Below, one piece after another: positions 47,386-56,546 of a DNA stretch of 64,000 nt; the first letter of the stretch is position 1, and the number at the start of each line of letters is the position of its first letter. The stretch is from assembly GCA_965279375.1 (NCBI GenBank), contig OZ257156.1:1472001-1536000 (forward strand). The letters are read 5' to 3'. Below the pieces are notes generated by a model. That model was not told where the DNA came from. It ran no database searches and saw only the letters and a program-made list of their open reading frames with translations. This stretch comes from Gemmatimonas sp. Its GTDB lineage: Bacteria; Gemmatimonadota; Gemmatimonadetes; Gemmatimonadales; Gemmatimonadaceae. The translations under genes were made by a program, and so were the position numbers.

Positions 47386-49890
47386 TTGAAGAAGCTCGCA
47401 TTTGCGACGGTCGCGGCTGTTACGGCCGCCGTCTCGTTCAAAGTCGGAGCGGCCGTTGGCGCAGAAGCGCCCGCGTGGCGCAACCGCGCGCCTTCCGTGC
47501 CCGCTGCAGCGCCCGTCGCCCTCAAACCGTTGCGTCGCGTGCTTGGCGCGCCGAGTGCGGTGGTGGGCGCGCGCGGCATCTCGATCGACGCGATGAACGA
47601 CGTGGTCGCGAAGTATTGCACCGAGTGTCACAACGACGTCGAGAAGACGGGCAATCAGTCGTTCGACGCATTCGATCTCTCCAAGTCGGATCAGAACGTC
47701 GCGCAGGCGGAGAAGATGATCCGCAAGCTGCGCGCGGAGATGATGCCGCCGCCGGGTCAACCTCGCCCCAAGGGCGACACGTTGCTGGCGCTCGTGGAAA
47801 CAATGGAAGCGACGATCGACAAGGCGGCGGGCAAGCCTAACCCCGGGTCTCGTCCGTTCCAGCGTCTCAATCGCCCCGAGTACGAGCGCACCATCAAGGA
47901 CCTGCTCGGCCTCGATGTGAACGCGGCCGATTATCTGCCGCTCGATACCAAGAGCGCGAACTTCGACAACATCGCCGACGTGCAGGGGCTCTCTCCCACG
48001 CTGCTCGAGGCGTATCTGAATGCGGCGGCCTCGGTGAGCCGCATGGCGATCGGCGACAAGACCGCGGCGCTGTCACAGAACACCTACGTCGTCTCGCCGT
48101 TCGGGTCGCAGCATCCGTGGGATCATGTGGAGGGCACGCCGTACGGCACGCGCGGCGGCATCGTTGCGACGCACACGTTCCCTGCAGATGGCATGTACCA
48201 GCTGCGCATGAACGTGGAAGGCGGCGTCGGCTTCGAGATGCAGGACATCGACATCTCTATCGATGGTGAGCGCAAGGCACTGCTCAAGTACGAGCGTGGT
48301 GTCGAAAGCACTAACGCGTCTGCCGACACACCGCTCGGCGTCGACATCATCCGCTCCGAGCCGTTCATGGTGAAGGCGGGTCAGCAGAAGCTGACGGCGG
48401 CGTTCGTGAATCGCGGCGACGGCCCGTACGAAGACCTGGTCAAGCCGCACGGCTGGTCGCTCGCGTCGCACGGCACCGCCAGCGCTGGCAGCACCACGCC
48501 GCCGCATCTGATGGACATCACCATCGTCGGCCCGATCAAGACGATGGGCGTGTCGGAAACACCGTCGCGCAAGGCGATCTTCACTTGCCGCCCGGCGAGC
48601 AAGTCGGCGATCGCCGAACGTGCGTGCGCGCAGCAGATCGTGACGCGCATCGGCACGCGCGCATATCGCCGTCCGTTGACCGCGCGCGATGTGAACGGGC
48701 TGATGTCGTTCTACACTGCCAGCGCAGCCAAGGGCGGCTTCGAGGCCGGCGTGCAGAATGCGCTGCAGGCCATCCTCGCCAGCCCGCACTTCGTGTTCCG
48801 CATCGAGGGCGCGCCGGCCAACATCGCGGCCGGTGAAGACTATCAGATCAGCGACATCGATCTCGCGTCGCGGCTGTCGTTCTTCCTCTGGGGTAGCATT
48901 CCCGACAATCAGCTGCTCACGCTCGCGCAGACCAAGCAGCTGTCGAATGCCAAGGTGCTCGATGCGCAGGTGAAGCGGATGCTCGCCGATCCGCGCGCCG
49001 AAGCGCTCTCGTCGCGCTTTGCAGCGCAGTGGCTCCGCCTGCAGGACGTGGACAAGGTGCGCCCGGATGCCTTCTGGTTCCCCGACTACGACCAGCAGCT
49101 CTCGGACGCGATGCAGACCGAGACGAAGCTGTTCTTCGACCACATCGTCAAGGAAGATCGCAGCGTCCTCGAGCTCTTCTCGGCGGACTACACGTTCGTC
49201 AACGAGCGACTGGCACAGCACTACGGCATGACTGGCGTGGCGGGCAAGGAATTCCGTCGCGTGGCGTATCCCGACACCACGCGACGTGGCCTGTTGGGTC
49301 ATGGCAGCGTGCTGGTGCAGACGTCGCTCGCCAATCGCACGTCGCCGGTGTTGCGCGGCAAGTGGGTGATGGAAGTGCTCATCGGCATGCCGCCTCCACC
49401 GCCGCCGCCGAACGTTCCTACGCTCGACGAAACCGCGGATGGCAAGGACGGTCGTCAGCTCACCACGCGCGAGCGCGTCGAGATGCACCGCAAGAATCCG
49501 GTGTGCTCGAGCTGCCACCAGTACATGGATCCGATCGGCCTGTCGCTCGACAACTTCGACGTGACCGGCAAGTACCGCTTCCGCGAGAACGCGATGTTGC
49601 TGGATACACGCGGCAACCTGTACGACGGCACGCCCGTCGGCAGCGAGTCGGAGTTGGTGCGCGCGCTGCTCAAGCGCCCGATTCCGTTGGTGCGGAACTT
49701 CACCGAGAACCTGATGGCCTACGCGTTGGGCCGTCGTGTGGAAGACTACGATCAGCCGGCCATCCGGACGATCGTGCGTGATGCACAAGCGAAGGGCTTC
49801 AAGATGTCGTCGTTCATTACGTCGATCGTTCACAGCAGCGCCTTCCGCAGCAAGCGGGCGGATGCTGTCGCTGCCACAGACACGAAGTAA
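47386..49890 (+). CDS. DUF1592/1588/1587/1585/1595 (PSD/PSCyt) domain protein with two CxxCH motifs
   Basis: TTG start after GGAGG gives a signal peptide; CTECH..MMPP, RLNRPEY, LASRLSFFLW, TSPVLRGKWV, CSSCH..MDPIG. Confidence 0.88.
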   Translation: MKKLAFATVAAVTAAVSFKVGAAVGAEAPAWRNRAPSVPAAAPVALKPLRRVLGAPSAVVGARGISIDAMNDVVAKYCTECHNDVEKTGNQSFDAFDLSKSDQNVAQAEKMIRKLRAEMMPPPGQPRPKGDTLLALVETMEATIDKAAGKPNPGSRPFQRLNRPEYERTIKDLLGLDVNAADYLPLDTKSANFDNIADVQGLSPTLLEAYLNAAASVSRMAIGDKTAALSQNTYVVSPFGSQHPWDHVEGTPYGTRGGIVATHTFPADGMYQLRMNVEGGVGFEMQDIDISIDGERKALLKYERGVESTNASADTPLGVDIIRSEPFMVKAGQQKLTAAFVNRGDGPYEDLVKPHGWSLASHGTASAGSTTPPHLMDITIVGPIKTMGVSETPSRKAIFTCRPASKSAIAERACAQQIVTRIGTRAYRRPLTARDVNGLMSFYTASAAKGGFEAGVQNALQAILASPHFVFRIEGAPANIAAGEDYQISDIDLASRLSFFLWGSIPDNQLLTLAQTKQLSNAKVLDAQVKRMLADPRAEALSSRFAAQWLRLQDVDKVRPDAFWFPDYDQQLSDAMQTETKLFFDHIVKEDRSVLELFSADYTFVNERLAQHYGMTGVAGKEFRRVAYPDTTRRGLLGHGSVLVQTSLANRTSPVLRGKWVMEVLIGMPPPPPPPNVPTLDETADGKDGRQLTTRERVEMHRKNPVCSSCHQYMDPIGLSLDNFDVTGKYRFRENAMLLDTRGNLYDGTPVGSESELVRALLKRPIPLVRNFTENLMAYALGRRVEDYDQPAIRTIVRDAQAKGFKMSSFITSIVHSSAFRSKRADAVAATDTK

Positions 49891-49934
49891 CGCACTTACC
49901 GTCGCGCACTCACCGCGAGTCGAGGAGACCGCTC

Positions 49935-51341
49935 ATGCATTTCCGTCCAGGACAGCCGCTGCCGCGCCGCACCTTCCTCAAGGGCATGGGCGCTGTCGTC
50001 GCCCTGCCGTATCTCGACGCGATGGAACCATCAATGCGTTCGGTGGCGAGACGCGGCGTGGACGCGGCGGTGCGCGATAAGACGCGGTTCGTCGCGATCG
50101 AGTCGGTGCATGGCGCCGCAGGCTCCAACGTGTGGGGCGCGTCCAAGAATCTCTGGGCGCCGGCCGGTGTCGGTCGCGACTTCACGCTCACGCCTGAGAG
50201 CGCGCTGTCGCCGCTCGAGCCATGGCGCAACTATCTCACGATCGTCAGCAACACCGACGTGCGGATGGCCGAAGCGTTCGATGCGCCGGAAATCGGCGGC
50301 GATCACTTCCGCTCCAGTGCGGTGTTCCTCACGCAGGCGCACCCCAAGCAGACGCAGGGATCCGACCTGTACGTCGGCACGTCGATGGACCAGCTCATCG
50401 CCAAGAAGCTGGGTGCCGATACGGCGATTCCTTCGATGCAGCTCTGCATCGAGAATCTCGACCAGGCCGGAGGTTGCTACTACAACTACGCCTGCGCGTA
50501 CACGGACACGATCAGCTGGGCCAGCCCGAGCGAGCCGCTGCCGATGATCCGCAATCCGCGCATCGCGTTCGACCTGCTCTTTGGCGCCGGCAACAACAAC
50601 GCCGATCGCGTGTCGCGTCGTGCGGCCAATCGCAGCATCCTCGATTGGATCATGGGTGAGACGGCGTCGCTCAAGAAGGAACTCGGCGCTGCCGACAAGC
50701 AGCGTCTCGACAAGTATCTCGAGGATATCCGCGAACTCGAGCGTCGCATTCAGGCCGTGGAAGCGAAGAACTCCAGCGGCGATCCGCGCGAGCTGCCCGA
50801 AGCGCCCGTGGGCGTGCCGGACTCGTTCGCGGAGCACATGAAGCTGATGTTCGACTTCCAGGTGCTCGCGTTCCAGTCGGACATGACGCGCGTCTTCTCG
50901 TTCAAGACCGGTCGCGATGCCTCGAGTCGTGCGTACCCGGAAAGCGGCACCGACAAGGGCTTCCACCCGGCGTCGCACCATGGTGGACGCGAAGCGGCCA
51001 TCCTGGATTTCAACAAGATCAATCAGTACCACATGGCGATGTTGCCGTACTTCCTCGACAAGTTGAAGAACACGATGGAAGGCGACACGAACCTGCTCGA
51101 GAAGACGACGATCCTGTACGGGTCGCCGATGGGCGATGCGAATCTGCACAACCATCGCCGCTGCCCGCTCATTCTCTTGGGCAAGGGCAACGGACAGCTC
51201 GCGGGCAACGTGCATCTCAAGGCACCGGACGGCACGCCGATGGCGAACGTCATGCTTTCGCTGCTGCATCAGATGGGGCGCGACGACGTGCGGTCCTTCG
51301 GCGACAGCACGGGCGAATTCGCACTCTCGGTTCACGCGTAA
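49935..51341 (+). CDS. DUF1552 (HXXSHH) domain protein, Tat-like signal
   Basis: RRTFLKG..ALPYLDAM, SMDQLIA, SILD, HPASHH, YGSPMGD.NLHNH. Confidence 0.9.
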   Translation: MHFRPGQPLPRRTFLKGMGAVVALPYLDAMEPSMRSVARRGVDAAVRDKTRFVAIESVHGAAGSNVWGASKNLWAPAGVGRDFTLTPESALSPLEPWRNYLTIVSNTDVRMAEAFDAPEIGGDHFRSSAVFLTQAHPKQTQGSDLYVGTSMDQLIAKKLGADTAIPSMQLCIENLDQAGGCYYNYACAYTDTISWASPSEPLPMIRNPRIAFDLLFGAGNNNADRVSRRAANRSILDWIMGETASLKKELGAADKQRLDKYLEDIRELERRIQAVEAKNSSGDPRELPEAPVGVPDSFAEHMKLMFDFQVLAFQSDMTRVFSFKTGRDASSRAYPESGTDKGFHPASHHGGREAAILDFNKINQYHMAMLPYFLDKLKNTMEGDTNLLEKTTILYGSPMGDANLHNHRRCPLILLGKGNGQLAGNVHLKAPDGTPMANVMLSLLHQMGRDDVRSFGDSTGEFALSVHA

Positions 51342-51352
51342 CCGCACCGATC

Positions 51353-53383
51353 ATGTCTCGCTTCAAGGCTCTGATGTCCGACCACACGCTGCGCCGCAAC
51401 ATCGATCGACGTATCGCTGCGACGACGGCGCTGTTGATGCTGGCGTCTGGTGCGATGGCGTCCGCATTGCACGCGCAGGCACCGCGCGGTGCCGTTGTCG
51501 CCAAGGATGCACGCGTTCCGGCCACAGTGGTCAAAGGCGCGGTGAGCCGATCGTTCGTGGATGCCGCGATGCGCGGCGACACGGAGATGGCACTCAAGCT
51601 GTTGCGCGAAGGCGCGGACGTGAACGCGGCGCAGGGCGACGGCATGACGGCGTTGCACTGGGCTGCCGAGCGTGGTGATACCAAACTGGCGAAGGCATTG
51701 TTGGCGGCCAAGCCGAACGTGAAGGCGGTCACGCGCATCGGGTCGTACACGCCGCTGCACATTGCGGCCAAGTCCGGCAACGCCGATGTGATTGCTGCAC
51801 TCGTTGCTGCTGGCAGCGATGTGAAGGCCGCCACGTCGAGTGGCGCGACGGCGCTGCACTTCGCAGCAAAGGCAGGCAATCCGATCGCGATCGGCACACT
51901 CCTCGATGCCGGCGCCGACGTCAACTCGCGCGAAGGTGTGTGGGGCCAGACCCCGCTGATCTTTGCCGCCGAGTATGATCGAGTGGATGCGATTCGCACA
52001 CTGCTCAAGCGCGGCGCCGATGCCTCGATCGTGACGCGCACGCAGAGCGTGACCGATGATGCCGCGCGCGAACAGGCTGCGACCAAGCGTCGCAACGAAG
52101 TGCTGATCTCCTTCGATCCACCGAAGGCGATGCCCGATTCGGCAGAGCTCAAGAAGATTCTCGCCGAGAAGGGTCCGACCGCTGCAGCGGCCGCGGGCAA
52201 GCGTGTGCCAATCGGACCGTTCACGCCGGCGCAGATGCAGGCGGCGATCGATTCCGGGCGCGCCGCCATGATGCGCATGGAGCGCCCCAAGGGACCCGTT
52301 GCCGAAGTCGTCGACTCCATCAACGGCGGTGTGGCAGGCTACCTCGGCTCCGTTGGTGCGGTCGGCGGACTGTCCGCACTGCATCACGCGGTGAGACAGG
52401 GCAACACCACGGCCGTGATCGCGCTGCTCGACGGCGGCGCCAAGATCAACGACACGACCAGCGTCGATCGGACTACGCCGCTCCTGATGGCCGCGATCAA
52501 CGGTCAGTTCGACGTCGCGCTCGCGCTGATTGAACGCAAGGCCGATCCGAATCTGGCGAGCACCGCCAACATGACGCCGCTGTATGCGGTGCTCAACACG
52601 CAGTGGGCGCCCAAGTCGCGCTACCCGCAGCCGCAGGCGTTGCAGGCGCAGAAGGCGCCGTACCTGCAGGTGATGGAAGCGCTGCTCAAGGCCGGCGCCA
52701 AGCCCAACGTGCGTCTCACGACGCATCCGTGGTACTTCGCGTTCAACAACTGCGGCAACGCCAACTGCGGTCTCGAGAATCTCGAGGGCACGACGCCGTT
52801 CTGGCGCGCGGCGTACTCGGTGGACGTCGATGCGATGAAGCTGCTCGCTAAGTACGGTGCGGACGTAAACCTGCCGTCACAGCGTACGCCGGCTTCACTC
52901 GCGGCTGCGGGACGCGGACGCGCCGGACGCGGTGGCGCGGATGGCTTCGCACCGCCGGCGATGCGCAATCTTCCCGAAATCGATTCGCTGGCGAAGATCG
53001 CGCCCGTTGGCCCGGGCGTATTCCCCATCATCGCAGCGGCGGGTGTCGGCTACGGCAACGGCTTCGCGGGCAACTCGCACCGCCACGCGCCCGACGGCTG
53101 GATGCCCGCGATGCGCTACCTGGTGGAAGAGCTCAAGATGGACGTGAACGCGCGTGACCAGCAGGGGATGACGCCGTTGCACCACGCTGCCTCGCGCGGT
53201 GACAACGACATGATCCTCTACCTGGTCAAGCACGGGGCGAATGTGAAGGCGGTCTCGCGCAACGGACGCACGGTCGTCGACATGGCCAACGGCCCGGTGC
53301 AGCGCGTGCGCCCGTTCCCTGAAACGATCGCGCTGCTCGAAAAGCTGGGCGCGGTCAACCAGCATCACTGCGTCAGCTGCTGA
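51353..53383 (+). CDS. Secreted ankyrin-repeat protein
   Basis: Signal peptide; many G.TALH/TPLH ankyrin repeats; ends in HHCVSC. Confidence 0.9.
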   Translation: MSRFKALMSDHTLRRNIDRRIAATTALLMLASGAMASALHAQAPRGAVVAKDARVPATVVKGAVSRSFVDAAMRGDTEMALKLLREGADVNAAQGDGMTALHWAAERGDTKLAKALLAAKPNVKAVTRIGSYTPLHIAAKSGNADVIAALVAAGSDVKAATSSGATALHFAAKAGNPIAIGTLLDAGADVNSREGVWGQTPLIFAAEYDRVDAIRTLLKRGADASIVTRTQSVTDDAAREQAATKRRNEVLISFDPPKAMPDSAELKKILAEKGPTAAAAAGKRVPIGPFTPAQMQAAIDSGRAAMMRMERPKGPVAEVVDSINGGVAGYLGSVGAVGGLSALHHAVRQGNTTAVIALLDGGAKINDTTSVDRTTPLLMAAINGQFDVALALIERKADPNLASTANMTPLYAVLNTQWAPKSRYPQPQALQAQKAPYLQVMEALLKAGAKPNVRLTTHPWYFAFNNCGNANCGLENLEGTTPFWRAAYSVDVDAMKLLAKYGADVNLPSQRTPASLAAAGRGRAGRGGADGFAPPAMRNLPEIDSLAKIAPVGPGVFPIIAAAGVGYGNGFAGNSHRHAPDGWMPAMRYLVEELKMDVNARDQQGMTPLHHAASRGDNDMILYLVKHGANVKAVSRNGRTVVDMANGPVQRVRPFPETIALLEKLGAVNQHHCVSC

Positions 53384-53978
53384 GTCGCTGTTGAGTTGAT
53401 GGATGTGAAACGCCGCCGCGCATGTCGTGGCGGCGTTCTGCTATCGGTGCGGGCGCGTTCGCATAGCGACGATACCGTCCGAGCAGATGCCCGAGCGCCA
53501 CGATGATCGGGAAGAGCAGGCGCTGCACCGGCCCAGGAATCTCCAGGATCGTGAACTCCGAGCGATAGCGCGTGAGGAGAAACGCCGCGTCGAAGAGCCC
53601 AACTCGTGGCGCACCGGCGCGCTGCTGCGCCGCAAAGATCTCGCCCAGGAAGTATTCGATGTTCTCGATGGGCTCGATGATGCCCGTGCAGCGCAGCGGT
53701 GTGTCACCCGCATTCCAGAAACGGTGTGCATCACCCGCCTCGAACGCCACGGTCTCTCCCGGTCCGGCAAAGTGCGAGACGCCGTCCAGCCGCTGATAGC
53801 CGATGCGCCCTTCCTCCACCGTCAGCACTTCCCGTTGCCGATGATGCACATGCATCGGCGGTCCGGAGCCCGGTGCGACGACGTTCTCGACGTCCAGGCG
53901 ATCACCGGTGCGGCGGAGAAAGGTCAAACGCTCGCCGTGGCCGTTGTCGATGGTGTGCGGATAGCGAAATTCAGGCAT
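53373..53978 (-). CDS. Cupin domain protein
   Basis: GPPMHVH..Q.E, AHRFWNAG cupin motifs. Confidence 0.85.
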   Translation of the reverse strand: MPEFRYPHTIDNGHGERLTFLRRTGDRLDVENVVAPGSGPPMHVHHRQREVLTVEEGRIGYQRLDGVSHFAGPGETVAFEAGDAHRFWNAGDTPLRCTGIIEPIENIEYFLGEIFAAQQRAGAPRVGLFDAAFLLTRYRSEFTILEIPGPVQRLLFPIIVALGHLLGRYRRYANAPAPIAERRHDMRGGVSHPSTQQRLSS

Positions 53979-54052
53979 ACGAGTCTCCTCGGACTTTCCA
54001 ATGAATTGGCGAGATCGCCGCGCTCCGATCCCGGAGGCACGCTGACGGTCTC

Positions 54053-54071
54053 ACTTTACAGGCTGTAAAGT
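54053..54071. promoter_or_regulatory. Perfect 9-1-9 inverted repeat, putative TetR operator
   Basis: actttacag-g-ctgtaaagt; a related site ttaca-ggg-tgtcaa (54097-54110) overlaps the TetR start. Confidence 0.68.
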
Positions 54072-54103
54072 TCCTACGCACGATCATCGTCGGAGGTTAC
54101 AGG

Positions 54104-54751
54104 GTGTCAAGCGAGCAGGGAGAGCGGTCCGGGACGCAGGTGCGGATTCTCGAGGCGGTGTTGGCTTCGATGACCGCGGGGGACCCGGAGGTGCTCAACG
54201 TCGGAGCCATCGCCAAGCGCGCGGGCGTATCGAGGCAGGCGGTCTATCTGCACTTCCCCAGTCGCGGCACGCTCGCGGTCGAGGCGGCGCGGTGGCTCGA
54301 TGAGCGCGAGAATCTCACGCAGGCGCTCGCGCCGGTCATCAACGCCACATCGGTGGACCAGATGCTCGCGTTCTACGCGCGGTTCTGGGCCGACTTCAAT
54401 CCGCGCATCGCTCCGGTCGCCCGCATGCTGCTGCATCTGCGCGCGATCCCGGCGCTCAACGACGCGTGGCTCGACCGGCTGGCGGCGCGCCAGGGTGGCT
54501 CACGCATGCTTGCGCAGCGGATCAAGAACGCCAAGCGGCTGCATGAATCGTTCACCGTCGCATCGGCGGGCGATTGGATCGCGGCCGTCGGCTCCTACGC
54601 CGTCTGGGAAGAGCTTACGCAGGACCTCGGCTGGTCCACGGCGCGCTACGTCGAACACATGACCGTCATGTTGCAGCGCACACTGCTGACGCCCGTGCCG
54701 CGCACGACAAAGCAGGCCAAACCAAAGAAAGCCAAGCCGAAGCGAGCGTGA
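54104..54751 (+). CDS. TetR/AcrR family regulator
   Basis: IAKRAGVSRQAVYLHFPSR HTH; GGAGG RBS. Confidence 0.88.
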   Translation: MSSEQGERSGTQVRILEAVLASMTAGDPEVLNVGAIAKRAGVSRQAVYLHFPSRGTLAVEAARWLDERENLTQALAPVINATSVDQMLAFYARFWADFNPRIAPVARMLLHLRAIPALNDAWLDRLAARQGGSRMLAQRIKNAKRLHESFTVASAGDWIAAVGSYAVWEELTQDLGWSTARYVEHMTVMLQRTLLTPVPRTTKQAKPKKAKPKRA

Positions 54752-54755
54752 GCCG

Positions 54756-55505
54756 CTAGCTCGATCGGTGCCGACCGGGTGTGGAGCCCAGAACTGATTT
54801 GAACGCCGTCACGAAGGCGCTGGTGTTGGAGTAGCCGACAGCCAGAGCCGTTTGCGTCACGCTCGCGCCGTCCGCAAGCAACTCGAGCGCATGCTGAATC
54901 CGCGCTCGCTGGCGCCAGGCACCGAAGGGGAGACCGGTTTCGTCGCGAAAGAGCCGCTCCAGCGTGCGCACACTGGCCCCTGCCTCACGCGCGAGACGCA
55001 GCGCGTCATGCGACGCGAGTACGTCACGCCGCACCAGTTCCGCGGCCCGCAGGGCGCGCGCGTCGCGTGGTGACGGCAACGCCACGGAGTCGGCTGGCGC
55101 GGCGGTGAGTTCATCGACAAAAACATCGAGTAGCCGGCGCTCACGCACGCGTCGCTGATCGAGCGTGCCGGAGTGGAAGATGCGCGTGAGCAGCGCTCGA
55201 AGCAGTGGCGTCTGTTGCACCACCACGGTGTCACGGGGCATGCGCTGACATGGCGCGCCGCGAAGATAGACGCGACGCAGCGTCCCCTTTCCAGACAACG
55301 AGACCGCGCTCGTGCGATGTGGCGGAAGCCAGAGCGCCTGCGCACTTGGCACCACCCAACGCCCCTCCTCGGTCTCCACCGACAGCGTCCCGCGTGACGT
55401 GCTCAGGAGCTGACCCCACGACACGCCGGAGCTTCGCCACTCGTAGCCAGGACTGAACCCGACGGCCACGGAGCGCAGGTGTGGTTCACCTCGACCGGAC
55501 GTCAT
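54756..55505 (-). CDS. AraC family regulator (NimR-like)
   Basis: GQLL..G, WVVP..ALWLP, SVRTLERLF..ETG, GYSNTSAF; start at 55505 or 55532. Confidence 0.88.
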   Translation of the reverse strand: MTSGRGEPHLRSVAVGFSPGYEWRSSGVSWGQLLSTSRGTLSVETEEGRWVVPSAQALWLPPHRTSAVSLSGKGTLRRVYLRGAPCQRMPRDTVVVQQTPLLRALLTRIFHSGTLDQRRVRERRLLDVFVDELTAAPADSVALPSPRDARALRAAELVRRDVLASHDALRLAREAGASVRTLERLFRDETGLPFGAWRQRARIQHALELLADGASVTQTALAVGYSNTSAFVTAFKSVLGSTPGRHRSS

Positions 55506-55622
55506 GTCGACTGGTTGGCGGATATTCGACATAGAGCGTCAAAATACAGAAAGCCAGACAGTACGGCGAACTGTATGTTCTGGCCGTGCAGCCGACCTTC
55601 CAATGCCACCGTCGAGGATCCC

Positions 55623-56033
55623 ATGACACGCTCGCGGCAACCGCAGTCCCCCGTGCGCCACTTCGCCATCAACGCGGATGATCTGCCGCGAGCACGCCAG
55701 TTCTATGAGGGCGTCTTCGGCTGGCGCTTCAACGCCTGGGGCCCGCCGGGTTTCTTCATGATCGAGACGGGCGCCGCGGACACTCCGGCCGTGATGGGAT
55801 CGCTGCAGCAGCGTCGTGACATCGTTCCCGGCGAGCGCATCAATGGCTTCGAGTGCACGATCGCCGTCCCGGACATCGCCGAGGCGGAGGCGGCTATCCT
55901 CGCACACGGCGGCACGATCCTGATGCCCCGCGCGACGATTCCGACCGTCGGGCATCTCATCTGGTTCCGCGATCCTGAGGGCAACGTCGCCGGCGCGATG
56001 CAGCCGGATCCCAAGGCCATGGTGGAGTACTGA
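55623..56033 (+). CDS. VOC family protein
   Basis: HFAINADD..RA..FY..VFGW, IPTVG..FRDPEGN. Confidence 0.88.
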   Translation: MTRSRQPQSPVRHFAINADDLPRARQFYEGVFGWRFNAWGPPGFFMIETGAADTPAVMGSLQQRRDIVPGERINGFECTIAVPDIAEAEAAILAHGGTILMPRATIPTVGHLIWFRDPEGNVAGAMQPDPKAMVEY

Positions 56034-56082
56034 CGGCGCAGCGACATTTGCGCGGGGAGCATCTCACTTCGGTCCACCTGCC

Positions 56083-56529
56083 ATGCCAGCCATTCAAGAC
56101 GCTGCTGCTCGCTCAGCGATCTCCGCGCGCATCGATCGACTCACCGCGCAGTCCACTCCCGCGTGGGGCAAGATGAACGTGTCGCAGATGCTCACGCATC
56201 TGAGCGATGCGTTACGCATGACCTTCGGCGAGCTGCCCGTACGCGAGCGACACATGCCATTGCTGCGCTCGTTTCCGATGAAGCAGCTCGTGCTCTACGT
56301 GCTTCCGTTCCCGAAAGGCGCGCCCACGGCGCCGGAGCTACTGTCGCGCGTCCCCGATTCGTTCGACGCTGAGCGTGCGCAGTGCAAAGCACTGCTCGAA
56401 CTTTTCGGGGATACCAGCGGCTCGCTGCGGTTCGCGCCGCATCCGATTTTTGGTCCACTCACGCCGTCGCAGATGGGCACGCTGGTGCACAAGCATATCG
56501 ATCACCATCTGCGGCAGTTCGGCGTGTAG
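56083..56529 (+). CDS. DUF1569/DinB superfamily protein
   Basis: WGKMNVSQMLTH, HPIFG, KHIDHHLRQFG. Confidence 0.88.
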   Translation: MPAIQDAAARSAISARIDRLTAQSTPAWGKMNVSQMLTHLSDALRMTFGELPVRERHMPLLRSFPMKQLVLYVLPFPKGAPTAPELLSRVPDSFDAERAQCKALLELFGDTSGSLRFAPHPIFGPLTPSQMGTLVHKHIDHHLRQFGV

Positions 56530-56546
56530 CGTCGCGCGAGGCGACG

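Noticed and set aside
48073..52726. Long antisense ORFs (586, 438 and 464 aa) opposite the DUF1592 operon
   Set aside because: Typical high-GC shadow frames, Arg/His/Ala-rich with no motifs, fully overlapping well-supported genes.
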